From Antedon mediterranea (lineage: Eukaryota; Animalia; Echinodermata), in assembly GCF_964355755.1 (NCBI RefSeq), contig NC_092670.1, positions 26,584,795-26,648,794 of the forward strand: a stretch of 64,000 bases of DNA. Reading direction: 5' to 3'. The position numbers and the translations under genes were made by a program. Positions 48,501 through 59,189 of the stretch are shown in pieces; position 1 is the stretch's first letter, and each line of letters opens with the position of its first letter. The notes beneath the pieces were generated by a model that had not been told where the DNA came from, made no database searches, and saw only the letters and a program-made list of their open reading frames with translations.

Positions 48501-51500
48501 AGAGGCGTTTATTCAAATAAATACTATTATTAATACATTATTTAATTTAAACATCTTTTGAAACTAACTGCCGTGACAGAGTGGGCCCAAGAAAGAAGAC
48601 ATTATGGCTTGCAACATGGGCAGACATCTCGGTCCTAACGGGACACAGATAGCCTACAGTTATTCCTGTCAGCTAATACTCAATCAACTATCAGGATTTC
48701 ACTCGATTTTAAACAAAATGTCTTATCATCAAATCTCCCTATGTAATTTTATAATACTATTTCCTACAATATATTCCGATTCTTTATGGCGTATATTTAA
48801 TTTGATCTTTATTAATTTGCAGTATAATTTTTATTTTTTAACTACTGTACCTTCACACACGCGCTGTCCGTTCCTAAAATAAACAAAAAACTGAAATGGC
48901 TATGCAATTTAAGTTCCAGTCCTACTATCGGTTTTTTTCTTCCTTCTTCCAAAGGGACACTGTATTGATTGATGGAAAGTATGGGCGGCCATTAGGGCCA
49001 AAATAGACAAACGTTGCCGTACGAACAATTCCGCTCCCGTAAGGCAAACTAATGGCGTTAAAGACATAATTCCTCGAGTGACAAACAAATATTGCCGTAC
49101 GGACACACAAACACATTGCCATATGAACAAATTGCCGTATGGTTAAATTGGCGCAAGGACAAACATTGGCGTAAGGACAAAAATTGGCGTAAGGACAAAA
49201 ATTGCCGAAAGGACAAAATTGCAGAAAGGACAAAAATTGGCGTAAGGACAAAAATTGGCGTACGGTCTAACTAAATATAAACGTTGAGGGCAGCATAGTA
49301 ATTTAAAACCATGTGACTGAAACCACTCTGTTGTGTGTCCAGTCCTGATGGGGAATAAAAACATAATCATGGAAGGCTTGTGTTAAGCTATAGGCCAGCC
49401 GACAATAAGCCAGCCCACTTTTATTTTTTCCAGCCAACAATAACTATGAAACACCGTTTGTGTATTTTTTACATTTTCAGTGTTACTTATGGTTTTTATG
49501 GTATTAGAAATTAAATATTTGTGAGAAAACGGCGGATTGCTCCTGGGAGTCACTTGGTGGGATTATACTAGGGTACCCTTAGTCGTCCAGTATAAGTTAG
49601 AGCAGGACCGCTGTAGTGTTCCCGTTTACTCAGCCTTCATCTTTAAATCTGAGTGTAACTCAATTATGATTTTTAATATTATAGTGAAATTTGATACTGT
49701 ATTTGTGAGAAAACGGCGGATTGCTCATGGGAGTTACTTGGTGGGATTATACTAGGGTACCTCCTTAGTCGTCCAGTATAAGTTAAAGTATGACCACTGG
49801 TCCCGTTTACTCAGCATTTATCTTTTAAAAATCTGAGTGTAACTCAATTACAATTTTTAATATTATAGTGAAATTGGATACTGTATTTGTGAGAAAACGG
49901 CAGATTGCTCCTGGGAGTTACTTGGTGGGATTATACTAGGGTACCTCCTAATAGTCGTCCAGTATAAGTTAAAGTATGACCACTGGTCCTGTTTACTCAG
50001 CATTTATCTTTTAAAAATCTGAGTGTAACTCAATTACGATTTTTAATATTATAGTGAAATTGGATACTGTATTTGTGAGAAAACGGCGGATTGCTCCTGG
50101 GAGTTACTTGGTGGGATTATACTAGGGTACCTCCTTAGTCGTCCAGTATAAGTTAGAGTATGACCACTGGTCCTGTTTACTCAGCATTTATCTTATAAAA
50201 ATCTGAGTGTAACTCAATTACGATTTTTTATATATAGTGAAATTTTATACTGTAGGCTATTTGTGAGAAAACGGCGGATTGCTCATGGGAGTCACTTGGT
50301 GGGATTATAATAGGGTACCTCCTTAGTCGTCCAAAGTTGAGTATGACCACTGGTCCCGTTTACTCAGCCCTCATCTTTTAAATCCGCCGTTTTCTCACAA
50401 ATACAGTATAAAATTCAAAAGATAAATGCTGAATAAACGGGACCAGCATAATCCCACCAAGTAATTCCCAGGAGCAATCTGCCGTTTTTTCACAAATACA
50501 GTATCAAATTTCACTATAATATTAAAAATCGTAATTGAGTTACACTCAGATTTAAAAGATAAATGCTGAGTAAACGGGACCAGCGGTCCTACTTTAACTT
50601 ATACTGGACGACTAAGGAGGTACCCTAGTATAATCCCACCAAGTAACTCCCAGGAGCAATCCGTCGTTTTCTCACAAATACAGTATCAAATTTCACTATA
50701 ATATTAAAAATCGTAATTTAGTTACACTCAGATTTAAAAGATGAGGGCTGAGTAAACGGGACCAGCGGTCATAGGCCTACTCCAACTTTTACTGGACGAC
50801 TAAAGAGGTAGGCCCTACCCTAGTATAATCCCACCAAGTGACTCCCAGGAGCAATCCGCCGTTTTCTCACAAATATTTAATTTCTAATACCATAAAAACC
50901 ATAAGTAACACTGAAAATGTAAAAAATACACAAACGGTGTTTCATAGTTATTGTTGGCTGGAAAAAATAAAAGTGGGCTGGCTTATTGTCGGCTGGCCTA
51001 TAGCTTAACACAAGCCTTCCATGATTATGTTTTTATTCCCCATCAGGACTGGACACACAACAGAGTGGTTTCAGTCACGTGGTTTTAAATTGCTATGCTG
51101 CCCTCAACGTTTATATTTAGTTAGACCGTACGCCAATTTTTGTCCTTACGCCAATTTTTGTCCTTTCTGCAATTTTGTCCTTTCGGCAATTTTTGTCCTT
51201 ACGCCTATTTTTGTCCTTACGCCAATGTTTGTCCTTACGCCAATTTAACCATACGGCAATTTGTTCATATGGCAATGTGTTTGTGTGTCCGTACGGCAAT
51301 ATTTGTTTGTCAGTCGAGGAATTTACATACATTGTACATTGATCCTAGATCAACTGACTTCTTGTTCATGCTTTTGTAACATCTCAGCTAGATTGTTTTA
51401 ATTCATTCCTTTATGGTTTGCCTGCTAAGGATATTTCAAAGCTGCAATGTGGTCAAAATGCTGCTGCCCGTTTAGTCACTATCTGCCCAGTTAGGGAACA

Positions 51501-54500
51501 TATCACACCTGTGCTTAGAAACCTTCATTGGCTTCCTGTTACACAAAGAATCAATGCCTTTATTTTTAATTTGATTCATCCAACTTTGCAATCTAGTTCA
51601 GAGTCTCTACGTGCTCAATCCATCCATCCCTCCATTCATCAACAATTTTTTTGGGCCTCTGTCTCCCTTTGGAATGGTTTTACCGATCTGTCAGGCTACT
51701 CACTTTTTTAACTTTTTTCTCTTAGTTTTCCACCTAACCCACATTGCATTGTATTTTTGGAGAATAAAGATTGCACTGATCAATCGAAAAAATTCAGTGC
51801 AGCCTGGTGTTTCCCCTTTATAATGTACATGTCACTGTGTCGCGTCATCATAGTTCACACAGGACTTTACATTACAATAGATACTAGCCGCACACATCAA
51901 ACCATATTGTTAAAATAAAGGTGTTCTTACGGTGCTAAATTATCGTTGGTTTTTTTTTATTAATTTAAAAAAAAATTTTCCCAGCCAAATTGTGTGTGGT
52001 GTTATAATCATTTTTAAATCTTTTATTTTTTCTTGACATAAATTTTAGTCTGGCTGCTAAGTTGCTGCGATATTTATGTCATGAATGCAGTGTACGTGAA
52101 TGGGTAAAGGTATATGATGGTGTTCCAACACTTGTTAGTGCCTTACATTCAGATAATGTGCAGCTTTTATGGAATGTTGTAAGTTAAACAGTTTTATTAT
52201 AGTTTAAAGTTTTTAAAGTATATTTCATATCATTAAATTCAATTTTAGTGACACTGTTGACTAGACTTGCATTGTGTTTGAGTTAGTCCACCAGTCGACA
52301 TTTCAATTTTTGTCTGAAAAATACAGACTTGTATAATAATGAGTACAGAAATCAATTTGCATATTGCAAACATCATATGAGAATCATTCTGTATATGGCT
52401 AATAGGGTGGGCTGGCTGACTCCATCCATTCAGGCCATTTGGGGAATGTAGCCAGGTGAATGCCACACGTTAAAAGCTATGTTTCATTACCCACGGATTG
52501 CAACCATGGCATGCATATGTTATAAAAAAAACGGTTCTTAAAATACAACATTCTAGATGATTAATAATCGTAATCCAGTCCAGCAATTTAGACCTACACT
52601 ATTTTGAATATATTTTAATATTTCATATAAATATAGGCCTATAAGTGTTGTTTCATACCAAGCTATAAATTCATGGTTTAATAGCTGATATGGTAAGCCA
52701 AAAGTGCATGCTTCGATCAGTGTGGTCAACGAATAAAAAACAAAACATAAATTACCCCGTCTGATATTTTGTGTATTCTGCCATTATTGTGTGAAATTTA
52801 AAGAAATTTTAATTGCTGGCTAACATGAACCATTGGCTTACTATAAAAATATATTACATATTCTAAACAATGTAGGCATATAGACTTAATACAATAATTT
52901 AGAATTTGAAATTTGAGGAAAGTGTTTATCACGTATGCATGCTGTGGCAAAAACAAAATCTGGTTTATGGTTAGGCCTAGAAGAAATGAACATCCGATTT
53001 TGAGACATGATAATGTACATACATACAGCAGGCCTACTGTAAATATTTCTGCGACATTACATGATAGTAATACCACACGCCTTATCAAATGTGCAGCAAA
53101 ACGAACATTCAAATTAATAATAAAATGATAATTCTTAATATCACAATTACGTAGTTTGTTTTTTTTTTATTAAAAGAGGAGTCAAACACGGCAAAAACAC
53201 AATTCAATAAATAAATATCAAACAGATTTTGTAGAAAAATATTAACACATAGTTATAATAAATGACAGGCCTTAGCCCTTTTGTCTTGATGTTGATAAAA
53301 CTTCCTTCCAGAGATTAAAAATAAAAGCCTATAGACAGTTCACTAGAAAAATGAATTACTCAATGACGAAACAGTTTAGTGAATGTGGCTGTCCTTTTGT
53401 TACCTAATTAACCCCATTCTGTGAATTTCGTTTGCGGAAAAACTGCGTGGGTATGGTACATCTTTTCTGGAGGGAGTGTTCAATCATAAGACCTCAATAT
53501 TTGTGGTTGCTTTATCCAGTTATTTACATGCTCCGTAAAAAGTGTGTAAAAATGAGCTGCAGTGTTACGGAAAAATCTTGAAGGGGCATTTATTAAGTTT
53601 ATTTAGACAATCAATCAATATTATCTATGCATCATAAGATCCATGTGTGATTTTTTGAGAAGCTAGAAACTAGTATCTATCAAGACGAGTCTTACTGGTT
53701 TAGGAAATCCCAAAACTGGTTCAAGTTTGTGTACTCTATGTTTTGAATATTAAAATGGTTTCGAGTAAGTAGCCAATCACATGCGGCTGAAACTAGTCAA
53801 CCAGATAATGCTGTGTTCCATAAATTCTTTGTGTCAAAACACTTGTACGTCTGCCTAGACTGTATTTCGAGCTTAAGTATTATTAAAAGTATGAAATGCT
53901 ATGTGTGCCAAAATATTTATATTTTTACCAATATTAAGTTGAAATACAGTCTAGTTCCTGGCATGCCATTACTAAAGCCTCAATGAGACTTAGCATGAAA
54001 GCATGTGTTATTGTAATTGCTATTTAATGGTGAAAAATAAGAATACAAATAATAACTGTAACAAATATCTATCACAATTTTTTCCAAATGATTATATTTT
54101 GTTGAAATATTAATTTAATACATTTGTATATCAAATGTATGTGTAGGTATGGTGCTTTGTTTTGCTTGCTGAAGATATGGATACCAGTAATGAGATTAGG
54201 ATCACAGGTGGTTTACCCATTCTTTTGTCTCTATTACAGTAAGTTTGTGAATATTACATTTTTTTTATTACCAGTAATATAACATTGACTATATTTCACT
54301 TTTATTAATATAACAACTCCACGTAAATGAAATTACAAATTGTGGCAAAAGGCCAAATTGAATGTAAATTTTACAAAAATATTTACTGTATAAATAAAAA
54401 AGATAAAATAATATATAAAAATATATAAAAACCGTGTATTAAATAATTATATAATGCCTGGAGTGTTAAAGAGTCGCTAATCCAATCGGGTTTGAACAAT

Positions 54501-57500
54501 ACCATGAAAGCCTTTGGTCTAATGTTTAGGACATCTGCATATCAAGCAGAAGGTTCTGGGTTCGAATCTCGGTTGGAGGAATTTTTCTCATTCTCACAGA
54601 TTTACTCATCTTTATTGTTTTTATTTATTGTATCTGTTTTCTGTTTCATACCTTTAAGTGGCAAATTTTGTTTTTGATGAAATAAAATAAATAAAAAAAT
54701 ATTAATAAATAAACAAAAGAGAAAAAATAATACAATTTTATATAACTGATTAAAAATAGGTATATTTTTTTTACACAAATTTGCATTAAATTAAAAGTTT
54801 AAGTGCGTCATTATTTTGCAATTTGCAAAAAACAAAAATCAATTACAAAAACCATTTTTCTACGCTTTGTAAGAGCTGTGCACAAAAAAGGTGTGCAGAA
54901 CGCAAAAAAATGTATACAATTTTGAAATGCTCAAAATGACCTGAAATGTTCACAAAATTGGTTAAAAATAAATTTTGCACATTTCGAAATTCTTAAATAT
55001 GCGTATTTTGCGTCATTTTTTGCGTAGCATGCTATTTTTATCATGTCAAAATACTCTATATTATGAAATACACTTTTGTAAATTTTCATTGAGAAATGAT
55101 TTTTTGTTCAGAATTTATGATCAACCACAAAATTTCATAAATCGTGTGTAACTTACGCAGTGCGACTCTAACGTCATATATCAAAGTTTCTTTCTTTTCT
55201 CTGTTTATAGGGATCGTAAATATACAAGTGATCTGCAAGGTACTACAAGCATCTCTAGTGCAAGCTCTATTGGAAGAATGCATTCATTAACAGCCATTGA
55301 TCAGCCATTGGTAAACAGGGTCTTTCACATTTGCTTTGGTTCCAAGACCGCGGCAAATACAAATTTTCAATGTAGAAGTGTTCTATTCATATCTATTACA
55401 ATATTTTTTCTCTTGACAGCAAGCTCATACATGTTAAGTTTGATGTTGCTGCTGGCTTGAGATTTCCTAATTATGACCATTCCCCCAATCCCATAACCCC
55501 AACCCCCGGCACCAAACATATTTTTAATCCTGAAACAAAACATTTCGGCCAACGGCTGAAACGTTCCTGGCCTGAAACATCCTTATGCATAACATACTAA
55601 GATCGCTAAAAGCATAAGCCTCACGTCAGATGCACAAGACTTGGCATGTATGCTAGCTTACAGCGCGACCAGAGAACTTATCATATGTACTCAAGTTGTT
55701 TCCTTTCAAATACGAAATGACAGTTTCCTTTTCATTACAATTACATAATAAACATATACCTGAATTTGGAGATGATCATGCTTTCACTGGTTGTTCAATT
55801 CAGCTTAGTCATGAGTAAGCTCATGCACCTTAATGTTCTGTGAAATCTCGCTTTTGTTTTTGAAAGTTTTCCAATTTGCATTAACTAACTCATGACTAAG
55901 TTGAGTTAATAAACCAGAAAGCTAGAGAATGATTTTCGTTTTATTCAATTTATTTGTTGGATCATCTCATGTATCCTGCTAATACAGTTATGGGTGACCA
56001 TAAGTTAAGGCCTATATCTGATTAACTAGGCTAGTACTAATTTAATAACGGTACAAAATTATTGCAAAAAAGTAAAATATATACTTATGGACTTAAAAAA
56101 ATAAAGAATAATTTACTTATTCAAAATTTGGTAAATATAGTAGAAAAGCTTTTTTTAAAACAATTAACAGGCCTCTGAATTCTTGTGATAATCGTAGGAG
56201 TCTCCAGATGTTTTGTGCCATCTCTCCTGCTAACATTTTTCCTGATTTTCTTGGATGAACAAAATAATGGTCCAATAATGTAAAAAAATATAAATAACTT
56301 CTACTATATACTACTAGGCTCTAAAGAAAACATATTAATATAGATCCTTCGGCATGCCTGGAATAACCTTTGTTTACTATTATAGATGCCAATACCTTTT
56401 GATTGATTAATATGGTTTGATATATTTTAAAATGTTCTAGCACCATCTATAATTTGGACATGCTTGTATAAAACTAAATACAGTTGAACCTCTGTGAGCG
56501 CCCACCTCCCTTTAATGGCCGCACTTTCAAAGTTTGTTTGTTCTTATCTAATTAGTGCATTAAGCTGCGGCCACTTTTTTAAAACTAAAAATTAGATTTT
56601 TTGTATGCTAAATTACATATTGATTTTTGACAACAAAAATACAATTTTGATACTTATTGTTCTTTATTTATTAGCTTTATTTCGAAATGGTTTTAAAAAC
56701 ATTCCTGTTTTTTTTTTAGATGAGATGAGAAAACTACACAGATTTTGACTGACCATTTTCATATGAGCTTTTTAAAATTTGTCTGAAAAACATTAATAAT
56801 ACTAAACCATCATAAATAATAAAATACAATTATCTGGAGAATTTAGAGGCCCTTAGTGTTAAGAACCCCGAAAAATATTGTGCATGTACATGATTTTGGC
56901 CCTCTATCGGCAGAACCTCCCCAGTCCTGAGGGTGGCCGTTTACTGGAGGTTGAAATGTAAATAAATTATAGCCTATAAATATAGCCTATAAATATAGCC
57001 TATAAATGTCAAATTGTGGATTGAATTAAGGTATTCGTTATTATCCATAGGATGATGTTAGTCTGCAAAATATTCTGTCCTTACAATCTGGTAAGTACTG
57101 TACTCATAAGTCCCAATTTTTTCTTTATAATAATTTCATGGCTGTATTTTAATTTGTTAATGCTTTTTACACTTTTACACCTAAAAGGACAATATGGATA
57201 AGTCAGTTTTATAATACGGTAAATTATACTAACTGTAAAGCACAATAGGGACTTACGAAACACGACGGTTATGGGAGGACGACGAATATCCTGAGTCAAC
57301 ATAGCCGTTTTATTAGTTACACACCCTTGCATGAAGACTACGACCGGCAGTATATCTCTCTCCCTCCTCTGTCTAGTAGCGTTCTAAATCGCTTGGCTCT
57401 GGTGATATAGCATAGGCCTAGCCTTACTAGTTAGGGGCCTCATATTCAAATGCCGCTTTTAACAGCCATTTTAACCCAACAATTATTTCATTAAACGATA

Positions 57501-59049
57501 AATTAGAAGTTAAAATATTATTTAAAATTCCACGTTTAAGTGTAATTTGAACTGTATATTTAAGGTTATATATACATTATTTCTAGTCGTTCTCCATAAA
57601 CAGGAAAATGGCAACTTTGTTGTCCTCAAAAAGTTAAGACGACGGAATTTCAGGCTAAGCTCCGCCAACTTTGTTAAAGCTCATGCATAAATTATTCATA
57701 AGCACCGTCCTGTGGCTTCCTGTTTCGTAAAGTCCCTAATGTCTAACAACTGAAACTGTTGATGATTAAGATTTTGTTGATGGTGGTCATTGTATGGCTC
57801 ATATAGTATACAATCAAGTCTATTGTTGATACTTATAAGAATATTGATGTTTGAATTTTCAGCTTGCTGTGCAGCATTGACTGAGTTAGTTCTTAATGAT
57901 AGCAATGCTCAGCAGATAGTTCGGAACAATGGCATCTATTACATTGGTGTTCTCATATTTCCTCAAGTAACTTGTACATTAGCAGAAGCCTCGGCAGTTA
58001 CTAACTTGCAGGTTTGTCAGCACCAACCAGAAATTACTATTTTTAATCCGGACAATCTGTGGATTGACCCAAAACAAATTGCAATAGTTTCAAAACTTAT
58101 TTTTTCTGATTCTGTAGTTATTGGAGTGTTCTATTTTCAAAATCTACTAAAATCAGTTATTATTATTTTAGAGGTAATTCAGGTCAAACATGTTTGGTAC
58201 CACGCCCATTTGAATTTCGTAGGTATGGTACATTCTGAATGGTACTGTATATTTTTCCAGTAAAAACTATTTTGATACTTTTGGAAACAAATATTATTTC
58301 CTTCTGATAGTCAAGGACCTGAGTAAGATATTTATGCATAAAATTTAGGAGACAATATCTCAACTGTTACAGGATAATCTAATCGTAAGGAACTATTGCA
58401 TACCATGACCCACAGTTGTCCAATCAAATGACAGGAATTTATTTAGATGTTATATAAAATGAAATATACTGTACAAACAAGTGTCTTGTCAATATATATT
58501 ATTTATATGGTTTTATCCTTTTCTTACAGCAACATGCTTTCCGTGCAATACGTTTCCTCTTCAGTATGGAGCGCAACCGACAGCTTTTTAAGCGGTTATT
58601 TCCTCCGCATTTATTTGAGATGTTCATTAACGTTGGCCATTATGTAAAGGAGATGTCAAACTATAAACCTATTGTAGAGAATCTTAATAACCTTCCTGTT
58701 AGTAAAAACCACTCTATTTGTAATTTAAATCCATTCCAATATATTTTAAGATAATACAATTTAAATTTTTACTTATTTTGACATTTATATATGATTTTTA
58801 ACAAAATACATTAAATTATAAAAAATCTCAGAAATATAGTTTATGTATTTAAAACTATATCTATATTTATTTTAATTTTGGTTGAAATTTGATTGATTAA
58901 TTGATGTCATACACTTTTAGAAAGAAGAGCGTGAACAAATCTTTAATAGGTTTTTGGAGACAAATCAAAATAAGGAACCAACGCAGTCTATATCAGATTA
59001 CTTGGTGTATGAACACCTAGGCAGTGGTGCTTTTGGAAGTGTCTACAAG
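27466..59049 (+). CDS. NEK10: Serine/threonine-protein kinase NEK10, 5' part (18 coding exons; gene continues beyond the window)
   Basis: Spliced translation is colinear with vertebrate NEK10 as I recall it: N-terminus, armadillo-like region (ACCAALTELVLND, FLFSMERNRQLFKRLFP) and start of the kinase domain (HLGSGAFGSVYK). All introns GT-AG with matching phases. Confidence 0.95.
28004..29130. mobile_element. Kolobok-like non-autonomous DNA transposon
   Basis: 28-bp TIR AATGGACCTGAAATGGA.TTTCGATTTT, TTAA on both sides, RR..YY termini. Confidence 0.8.
29290..29990 (-). repeat. DINE-1/Helentron-like family copy
   Basis: Homologous to 21890-22490 and 54820-55190. Confidence 0.55.
30058..30112 (+). 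CDS. NEK10: NEK10 exon 2
   Basis: EDLSRLLKLLITHPSKQQ; AG/GTAAGT. Confidence 0.88.
31015..31130 (+). CDS. NEK10: NEK10 exon 3
   Basis: LPSLKHEGSNNNNNNSPP..SEARALETF. Confidence 0.88.
31200..32100 (-). repeat. DINE-1/Helentron-like family copy
   Basis: Inverted match to 23850-24500 (e.g. AGTGGAGATGCGCTCTATTAAATGTG). Confidence 0.6.
32917..32977 (+). CDS. NEK10: NEK10 exon 4
   Basis: STYQNERLFSKHHLSKQFDQ. Confidence 0.9.
33039..33687. mobile_element. hAT-like MITE with 6-bp TSD
   Basis: TIR CAGCCCACGAA.TTCA; CAAATA on both sides; GTCGGCA/TGCCGAC subterminal repeats. Confidence 0.75.
34640..35300 (-). pseudogene. LINE ORF1 remnant
   Basis: LDNIERRQRRNNLQFNGIPE..EIQSAYRV..PRSVIA, typical LINE ORF1p motifs. 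Confidence 0.7.
35484..35521 (+). CDS. NEK10: NEK10 exon 5
   Basis: IFSALVKSRLCS; AG/GTGAGT. Confidence 0.9.
35550..36007. mobile_element. hAT-like MITE with 5-bp TSD
   Basis: TIR CAATGCTCACGCTA / TAGCGTGAGCATAG; GGTGG on both sides. Confidence 0.7.
36436..36520 (+). CDS. NEK10: NEK10 exon 6
   Basis: EWSERAPAENQLCILICLRIFLRDTIYQ. Confidence 0.92.
36645..36686 (+). CDS. NEK10: NEK10 exon 7
   Basis: KHIFKLDGVKPLAE. Confidence 0.88.
38497..38575 (+). CDS. NEK10: NEK10 exon 8
   Basis: RLHARTEQYLCSGEQPLTVDILKELT. Confidence 0.88.
38741..39623. mobile_element. P-element-like MITE (883 bp, 7-bp TSD)
   Basis: ~33-bp TIR CATGGAGGTATAAAAATAGAAGGAGAGAGCTCG; CCCAATC at 38734-38740 and 39624-39630. 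Confidence 0.8.
40661..41516. mobile_element. piggyBac-like MITE
   Basis: TTAA|CCCTTTCACTGCG ... CGCGGTGAAAGGG|TTAA. Confidence 0.85.
42325..42555. mobile_element. Small degenerate MITE
   Basis: TGTTTCCGCAGC / GCTGCGGAAACA inverted ends; TSD unclear. Confidence 0.5.
42768..43801. mobile_element. piggyBac-like MITE
   Basis: TTAA|CACTTTGACTGCCA ... TGGCAGTCAAAGTG|TTAA; three subterminal AACACGAAGATCTTCGTGTT palindromes. Confidence 0.85.
44879..44946 (+). CDS. NEK10: NEK10 exon 9
   Basis: IFQKLAVEKEHQDWLIASGAHV. Confidence 0.92.
45089..45193. repeat. Perfect 9-bp minisatellite (CTAACGCTC)n, ~11.7 copies
   Basis: Read directly from the sequence. Confidence 0.95.
45590..45890 (-). pseudogene. 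Rex1/Babar-like LINE 3' fragment
   Basis: RRAGRVIG..ILSQTDHPLHKEYTFLPSNIRIR. Confidence 0.65.
46768..46847 (+). CDS. NEK10: NEK10 exon 10
   Basis: PLVKLLASKDIHVLHCSLYGLISLAK. Confidence 0.92.
47319..47405 (+). CDS. NEK10: NEK10 exon 11
   Basis: SETRHILGELNCVDKMLTIIKDYGNSSK. Confidence 0.92.
49068..51323. mobile_element. Foldback-type element: 2.25-kb palindrome with 19-bp and ~185-bp internal tandem repeats
   Basis: 49068-49516 inverts to ~50875-51323; forward units start at 49517, 49701, 49885, 50071, 50259; reversed units from 50381. Confidence 0.9.
51340..51560 (+). pseudogene. L2-clade LINE fragment
   Basis: LLVHAFVTSQLDCFNSFLYGLPAKDISKLQ..QNAAARLVT..HITPVLRNLHWLPV. Confidence 0.85.
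52049..52178 (+). CDS. NEK10: NEK10 exon 12
   Basis: LAAKLLRYLCHECSVREWVKVYDGVPTLVSALHSDNVQLLWNV. Confidence 0.93.
54147..54238 (+). CDS. NEK10: NEK10 exon 13
   Basis: VWCFVLLAEDMDTSNEIRITGGLPILLSLL. Confidence 0.93.
54510..54579 (+). pseudogene. tRNA-derived sequence (SINE head or tRNA pseudogene)
   Basis: A-box-like TGGTCTAATG, stem TCTGC-ATATCAA-GCAGA, B box GGTTCGAATCT; poor acceptor stem. Confidence 0.6.
55211..55310 (+). CDS. NEK10: NEK10 exon 14
   Basis: DRKYTSDLQGTTSISSASSIGRMHSLTAIDQPL; donor GTAAAC. Confidence 0.85.
55787..55917. mobile_element. Small palindromic MITE
   Basis: CTGGTT..TCAGCTTAGTCATGAGT / ACTCATGACTAAGTTGA..AACCAG. Confidence 0.55.
56481..56958. mobile_element. 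pogo/Tigger-like MITE
   Basis: TA|CAGTTGAACCTC..GCCCACCTC ... GAGGGTGGCC..GAGGTTGAAATG|TA. Confidence 0.65.
57051..57090 (+). CDS. NEK10: NEK10 exon 15
   Basis: DDVSLQNILSLQS; AG/GTAAGT. Confidence 0.88.
57247..57737. mobile_element. Harbinger/ISL2EU-like MITE
   Basis: AAT|AGGGACTTACGAAACA ... TGTTTCGTAAAGTCCCT|AAT. Confidence 0.7.
57863..58011 (+). CDS. NEK10: NEK10 exon 16
   Basis: CCAALTELVLNDSNAQQIVRNNGIY..VTNLQ. Confidence 0.95.
58530..58697 (+). CDS. NEK10: NEK10 exon 17
   Basis: QHAFRAIRFLFSMERNRQLFKRLFPPHLFEMFINVGHYVK..NNLP. Confidence 0.95.
58921..59049 (+). CDS. NEK10: NEK10 exon 18 (start of kinase domain)
   Basis: KEEREQIF..TNQNKEP..YEHLGSGAFGSVYK, glycine-rich loop. Confidence 0.95.
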
Positions 59050-59189
59050 GTATGTAGACAATGTATTATTTAATAATTTAAACATATTTAATTATGTAAT
59101 ATTATTGAAAAGGAGAATTTTTCGGTTTTCCTTAAACCTCATCTTTAGTTTGTCAATGTAACTTGTAATTGTACAGCATTAAAATTAAA

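Noticed and set aside
49517-50875. CRISPR-like array
   Set aside because: Units are ~185-bp full tandem repeats without unique spacers, no cas genes, eukaryotic intron.
48909-51379. Mirror-image ORFs with KDK/FCP repeats
   Set aside because: Translations of the 19-bp repeats in the two inverted arms; no sign of coding function.
54510-54579. Functional tRNA gene
   Set aside because: Acceptor stem and D-loop are degenerate; better read as a tRNA-derived relic.
56968-57006. 13-bp triple repeat TAGCCTATAAATA as a TATA-box cluster
   Set aside because: Intronic short tandem duplication with no promoter evidence.
57790-58263. 157-aa standalone ORF
   Set aside because: Only 57863-58011 is coding (NEK10 exon 16); the rest is intron read-through. 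The same applies to 58566-58754 and 55278-55460.
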